IMG/VR virus record: IMGVR_UViG_3300049070_000048
Location: 1-43,259 of that record
Length of the DNA: 43,259 nt
Direction: 5' to 3' (one strand)
Origin: a virus
Taxonomy: Duplodnaviria; Caudoviricetes
The position numbers were made by a program, and so were the translations under genes. Position 1 is the first letter of the stretch; every line of letters starts with the position of its first letter. The notes under the pieces were generated by a model. The model saw only the letters and a list, made by a program, of their open reading frames with translations, was not told the DNA's origin and ran no database searches. Shown here one piece after another: positions 41,988 to 43,259 of this stretch.

Positions 41988-42592
41988 GGCTTCTCCGGGG
42001 CGAGGGCGGCTTTAGCGATGCCCGCGCAAGAGCAGGGATGCCCTCGGTAGTCCTGATTGGCGATTTTCTCCAACGCTTCGCGCATCGCGTCGGGGGCGGT
42101 GGGGGCCTTGTGGCAACCGTTGGGACAGCGCCGGGCCTTGCCGCTGAACTTCGGTCCTCCGTCGAATATCCCGGTCCCGTGGCACAGGTCGCACGGCCTG
42201 ACGGCCTCTCCCCCGGAGGGGCGGGCGAGGAGGCGGCGGCAGAGAGAGGCGACGATTAGCGGCGAACCGCAGCCGTGATTCACGTCGTCCTCGCACCATT
42301 CCAAAGCCTTCCGCTCCTCCTCCGTCAACCCCTCGGGGCGGGGGGCCGGGGTAAGCATTGCAACCGCGTGTTCTGCCCTCTCGGCCTCGATTTGCTCGTC
42401 CTTCTCCGCCAGCAGGACGTTGAGGCGGTGGACCTCGGTGCGAAGTACGCCGAGCTTGTGATATTCGTTGCCGGGGACATCCTTCAACGCCTCCCTGACC
42501 TCGGAGGGGATGGGGGTGTGGCGAGTCGGGCAGTCCAAAGAGTGTTCGTCGAACTGCCGCATCACGCAGCACGGCTTCTGCTCAGGCTTCAT
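41984..42592 (-). CDS. hypothetical protein with CxxCxGxG motif
   Basis: ORF track, coupled. Confidence 0.6.
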   Translation of the reverse strand: MKPEQKPCCVMRQFDEHSLDCPTRHTPIPSEVREALKDVPGNEYHKLGVLRTEVHRLNVLLAEKDEQIEAERAEHAVAMLTPAPRPEGLTEEERKALEWCEDDVNHGCGSPLIVASLCRRLLARPSGGEAVRPCDLCHGTGIFDGGPKFSGKARRCPNGCHKAPTAPDAMREALEKIANQDYRGHPCSCAGIAKAALAPEKP

Positions 42593-42795
42593 CGCGGGGC
42601 TCCTGTTTGGATTCGCGGACCAACCAAGCGCAGAGCATCCTTGAATCCGTCGCGGTAAGCCTCAACGATGTTCCTCGCTTCTCTCAGCGTCATTCCGGGA
42701 TTGTGGTCCCGGAGCAGACGAATGGCCGCGATGATGTCCTGATTCGCGCCAGGCTTCGCAAGGCGCGTCACTTCGGGATGATTGATGCTCAGCAC
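42589..42795 (-). CDS. Ribosomal L7/L12 C-terminal-domain-like protein
   Basis: IIAAIRLLRDHNPGMTLREARNIVE matches the K-I-x-A-I-K-x-x-R...G-x-x-L-x-E-A-K-x-x-V-E pattern. Confidence 0.6.
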   Translation of the reverse strand: MLSINHPEVTRLAKPGANQDIIAAIRLLRDHNPGMTLREARNIVEAYRDGFKDALRLVGPRIQTGAPR

Positions 42796-42817
42796 ATGGG
42801 CTCCTTAGCGCGGGGGG

Positions 42818-43051
42818 TCATATGTCCCTCGGGTCGGCAAACTCATCTTCCAGCATGTCTATGGTGTCTTGGACGGGTTGCCAAGCGTTAGAGTGGCCCT
42901 GCCGGGCTTCCACAACGGCGGCATTAAATCGCCGCACAACTTCCCACAGCAGCTCATGCTCGTACTTGCTCACGGCCCCGCCAACAGCGGTTCCAAGAGT
43001 GCTTGCCCGTTTCTTTGAACGGCTTGCCTTCACCTTCTCGTCAGCGGGCAT
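42818..43051 (-). CDS. hypothetical protein
   Basis: MPADEKV start with AGGAG RBS. Confidence 0.55.
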   Translation of the reverse strand: MPADEKVKASRSKKRASTLGTAVGGAVSKYEHELLWEVVRRFNAAVVEARQGHSNAWQPVQDTIDMLEDEFADPRDI

Positions 43052-43259
43052 GGCGGGGCTCCTTGGCGTTCTTCTTTCGGTCATGATATCGCCAGTAGGC
43101 GCGATTCTTCTTCATCATCAGGGCTTCGGCTGCTTCCGGGTTAAAGAAAAACTCGCAGAAGTCGCCATCAGGCCCGCCCTTAACGATGGACCCGGAGCCG
43201 TGCCTTGGCGCGTGGTCAACGAAATACGGCCCGTCGTCAAAGCCCCGCCCCTTTTTAAC
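43041..43259 (-). CDS. hypothetical protein, 5' end beyond the window edge (probably at window positions 1-10)
   Basis: Open frame VKKGRGFDDGPYF...HAR* runs to the last base. Confidence 0.55.
   Translation of the reverse strand, partial: VKKGRGFDDGPYFVDHAPRHGSGSIVKGGPDGDFCEFFFNPEAAEALMMKKNRAYWRYHDRKKNAKEPRHAR

Larger units (their letters stand above)
1..43259. mobile_element. Temperate podovirus-like phage genome, probably complete and circularly permuted
   Basis: Terminase, portal, scaffold, capsid, nozzle, ejection proteins, lysis genes, integrase and repressor are all present. No tape measure or sheath gene, and no host housekeeping genes at either end. Confidence 0.93.

Noticed and set aside
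1-43259. CRISPR array, diversity-generating retroelement, retron or alternative genetic code
   Set aside because: No spaced repeats and no reverse transcriptase; TAG, TGA and TAA all end genes and long genes are intact in code 11

Overview
The window looks like an essentially complete ~43 kb temperate, podovirus-like bacteriophage genome. It is probably circular, since the two ends appear to join inside one small early gene. Almost all genes lie on the - strand, in three blocks. (1) A block of small early genes runs from a repressor-controlled promoter at ~888-916 and wraps round the window end down to ~36.2 kb. (2) A late operon (36.1 to 14.1 kb) carries an atypical tRNA(CAT), HNH, TerS, TerL, portal, scaffold, an N4-gp56-like capsid, a methyltransferase plus four glycosyltransferases, an adaptor, a P22-gp10-like nozzle, three ejection-type proteins, a lysis cassette and a phosphoesterase. 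(3) An early/middle operon from a promoter at ~11.47-11.50 kb carries HTH/Xis genes, a ~630-nt non-coding structured RNA region with two tandem tRNA-like RNAs, an SSAP plus exonuclease, a SpoU methyltransferase, a replication initiator, RtcB, a deaminase, a NinG-like protein and an HNH. A short + strand block holds an RHH regulator, a PEGA lipoprotein, and a tyrosine integrase whose 3' end runs into a complete tRNA-Leu(CAA). The most unusual items are: two tRNA mimics with 7/6-bp acceptor/T stems and a long hairpin in place of the anticodon loop, co-transcribed with RNA repair/modification enzymes; virion tail/decoration proteins with Sec-type signal peptides and paired cysteines next to a glycosylation cluster; and RNA-switch leaders behind two promoters. 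All family assignments are from motif recognition by eye; no database searches were run.
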